Shown piece after piece: positions 35,946 to 36,866 of a stretch of 36,866 nt of DNA. Position 1 is the stretch's first letter, and each line of letters opens with the position of its first letter. The notes below the pieces were generated by a model, which was not told where the DNA came from, did no database searches, and saw only the letters and a program-made list of their open reading frames with translations. The position numbers and the translations under genes were made by a program. Source of the DNA: Candidatus Curtissbacteria bacterium (GTDB taxonomy: Bacteria; Patescibacteriota; Microgenomatia; Curtissbacterales; GWA2-41-24); NCBI GenBank assembly GCA_030688205.1, contig JAUYIQ010000059.1, forward strand, positions 1-36,866, written 5' to 3'.

Positions 35946-36509
35946 ATGGATAGCCCTGATATTTCTCCAAGTAAAGAAGCAAATCCTAATTCCTTTTCAG
36001 GTAAAGTCAGATTACCAACAAGATACGGAGTTATTGAAATCGATATTAAAGATGCAGAAGTGCTTAGAGGTCGAGATATACTTGAAGATTGCTTAGTTCC
36101 CCCTGTCTTACCAAAAGATGAAACTCCTCGTAGGCCAATTGATTACAATCAGGCCCTTTTCAATCTGGGCAGAACGTTTGATGACATGCACGAATTCGAC
36201 CGACAACTTCCATATAGGCCAGGTTTGAGCTGGCAAGATTTAAGAGAGGGACAAATTAGCCAATACGGAGAAGAATCAATATTTACGCTATTACCAGACC
36301 AACACAGAAAACCCGGAATTATAAGAATTTCAAATATATTATTAAGAAATGGAATATATACAAAAGGTGATCTCATGAACAGAAAACAGAAATTAAAAAA
36401 CGCCGGACCCAGCGCAATGAAGGTACTCAATGCCATAAAAGATGTCATATCTGCGCAAAGTAGAATGTCAGCGGATGCAATTCCTTCAGAACAAAAACCT
36501 ACAATTTAA
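35946..36509 (+). CDS. Hypothetical protein with RNAP alpha-CTD-like C-terminal motif
   Basis: IRISNILLRNGIYTKGDLM..KLKNAGPSAMKVL resembles alpha-CTD VRS-NCLKRAGI-TVGDL..K-RNLGRKSLEEI; own TGa-TATAAT promoter. Confidence 0.6.
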   Translation: MDSPDISPSKEANPNSFSGKVRLPTRYGVIEIDIKDAEVLRGRDILEDCLVPPVLPKDETPRRPIDYNQALFNLGRTFDDMHEFDRQLPYRPGLSWQDLREGQISQYGEESIFTLLPDQHRKPGIIRISNILLRNGIYTKGDLMNRKQKLKNAGPSAMKVLNAIKDVISAQSRMSADAIPSEQKPTI

Positions 36510-36513
36510 AGGA

Positions 36514-36551
36514 TTGACACTCATTAGCACTCATGGTATTCTGATTGCTAA
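36514..36551 (+). promoter_or_regulatory. Promoter TTGACA-N17-TATTCT overlapped by a CIRCE-like operator
   Basis: TTAGCACTC (36524-36532)-N10-GATTGCTAA (36543-36551) versus canonical TTAGCACTC-N9-GAGTGCTAA; upstream of lon. Confidence 0.7.
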
Positions 36552-36596
36552 TCTCAGTAAGCCAAAAGGCTTCCTGTTGATGGTAGAATATAACCT

Positions 36597-36866
36597 ATGG
36601 CAATCTTTCTGGATCCTCAAAAACCAAGACTTAAAAGCGAACTACCTATTGTTCCGCTTCGTGATACGGTAGTTTTCCCGTCATCCATGGTCCCGATCAC
36701 AGTCGGGCGTCCCAAGGTCAAACTTGGTCTTGACGGCGCATGGGCAGGAGACAGGCTTGCAGTTTTTGTAGCCCAGAAAAATCCCCGTATAGAAAACCCG
36801 GCTCCAAACGATATCTATTCCGTAGGAACAGTTGGTCTAATCAGAAGACTTTGGAAAGTAGATAAC
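36597..36866 (+). CDS. lon: Lon protease N-terminal domain (runs off window end; not in ORF track)
   Basis: MAIFLDPQKPRLKSELPIVPLRDTVVFPSSMVPITVGRPK...FVAQKN...DIYSVGTVG. Confidence 0.88.
   Translation, partial: MAIFLDPQKPRLKSELPIVPLRDTVVFPSSMVPITVGRPKVKLGLDGAWAGDRLAVFVAQKNPRIENPAPNDIYSVGTVGLIRRLWKVDN

Noticed and set aside
1-36866. CRISPR array, prophage, transposase/integrase, rRNA, recoded TGA
   Set aside because: No regularly spaced repeats or such genes were seen, and conserved genes such as pcm and lgt end at TGA at expected lengths.

Overview
AT-rich, gene-dense chromosomal segment using the standard code (TGA = stop). It looks like a reduced-genome Patescibacteria/CPR organism, probably Microgenomates-like; this is inferred from the GAD-less AspRS, short GluRS, sortase, many membrane-anchored ORFans and scarce Shine-Dalgarno sites. 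Housekeeping genes: guaA (3' part), rdgB-like NTPase, comM, secD/secF, cca, recJ, aspS, dacA-like, gltX, tRNA-Gln(CUG), 5-formyl-THF cyclo-ligase, nrdR-nrdJ with tandem NrdR boxes, pseudouridine synthase, PduO-type cobalamin adenosyltransferase, lgt, and the 5' end of lon with a CIRCE-like operator. Main findings: (1) a candidate dormancy/stress module at 4.8-9.6 kb, with a Crp/Fnr regulator, CRP-type operator(s) (one at -41.5 from a predicted leaderless start), Hsp20, an HPF/RaiA-like protein, PIMT and a GGQ-less aeRF1/Balon-like protein; (2) about 20 genes that appear leaderless, including three divergent pairs sharing 14-22 bp symmetric -10 elements; (3) short palindromic REP-like elements, at least two inserted in frame in enzyme genes; (4) a 21-bp duplication of the tRNA-Gln 3' end flanking a hairpin-rich insert; (5) a sortase next to a candidate substrate with an LGNTS signal; (6) a stand-alone RNAP alpha-CTD-like protein; (7) an unannotated 47-aa zinc-ribbon gene with phased upstream repeats. 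All family calls come from motif recognition, not database searches.
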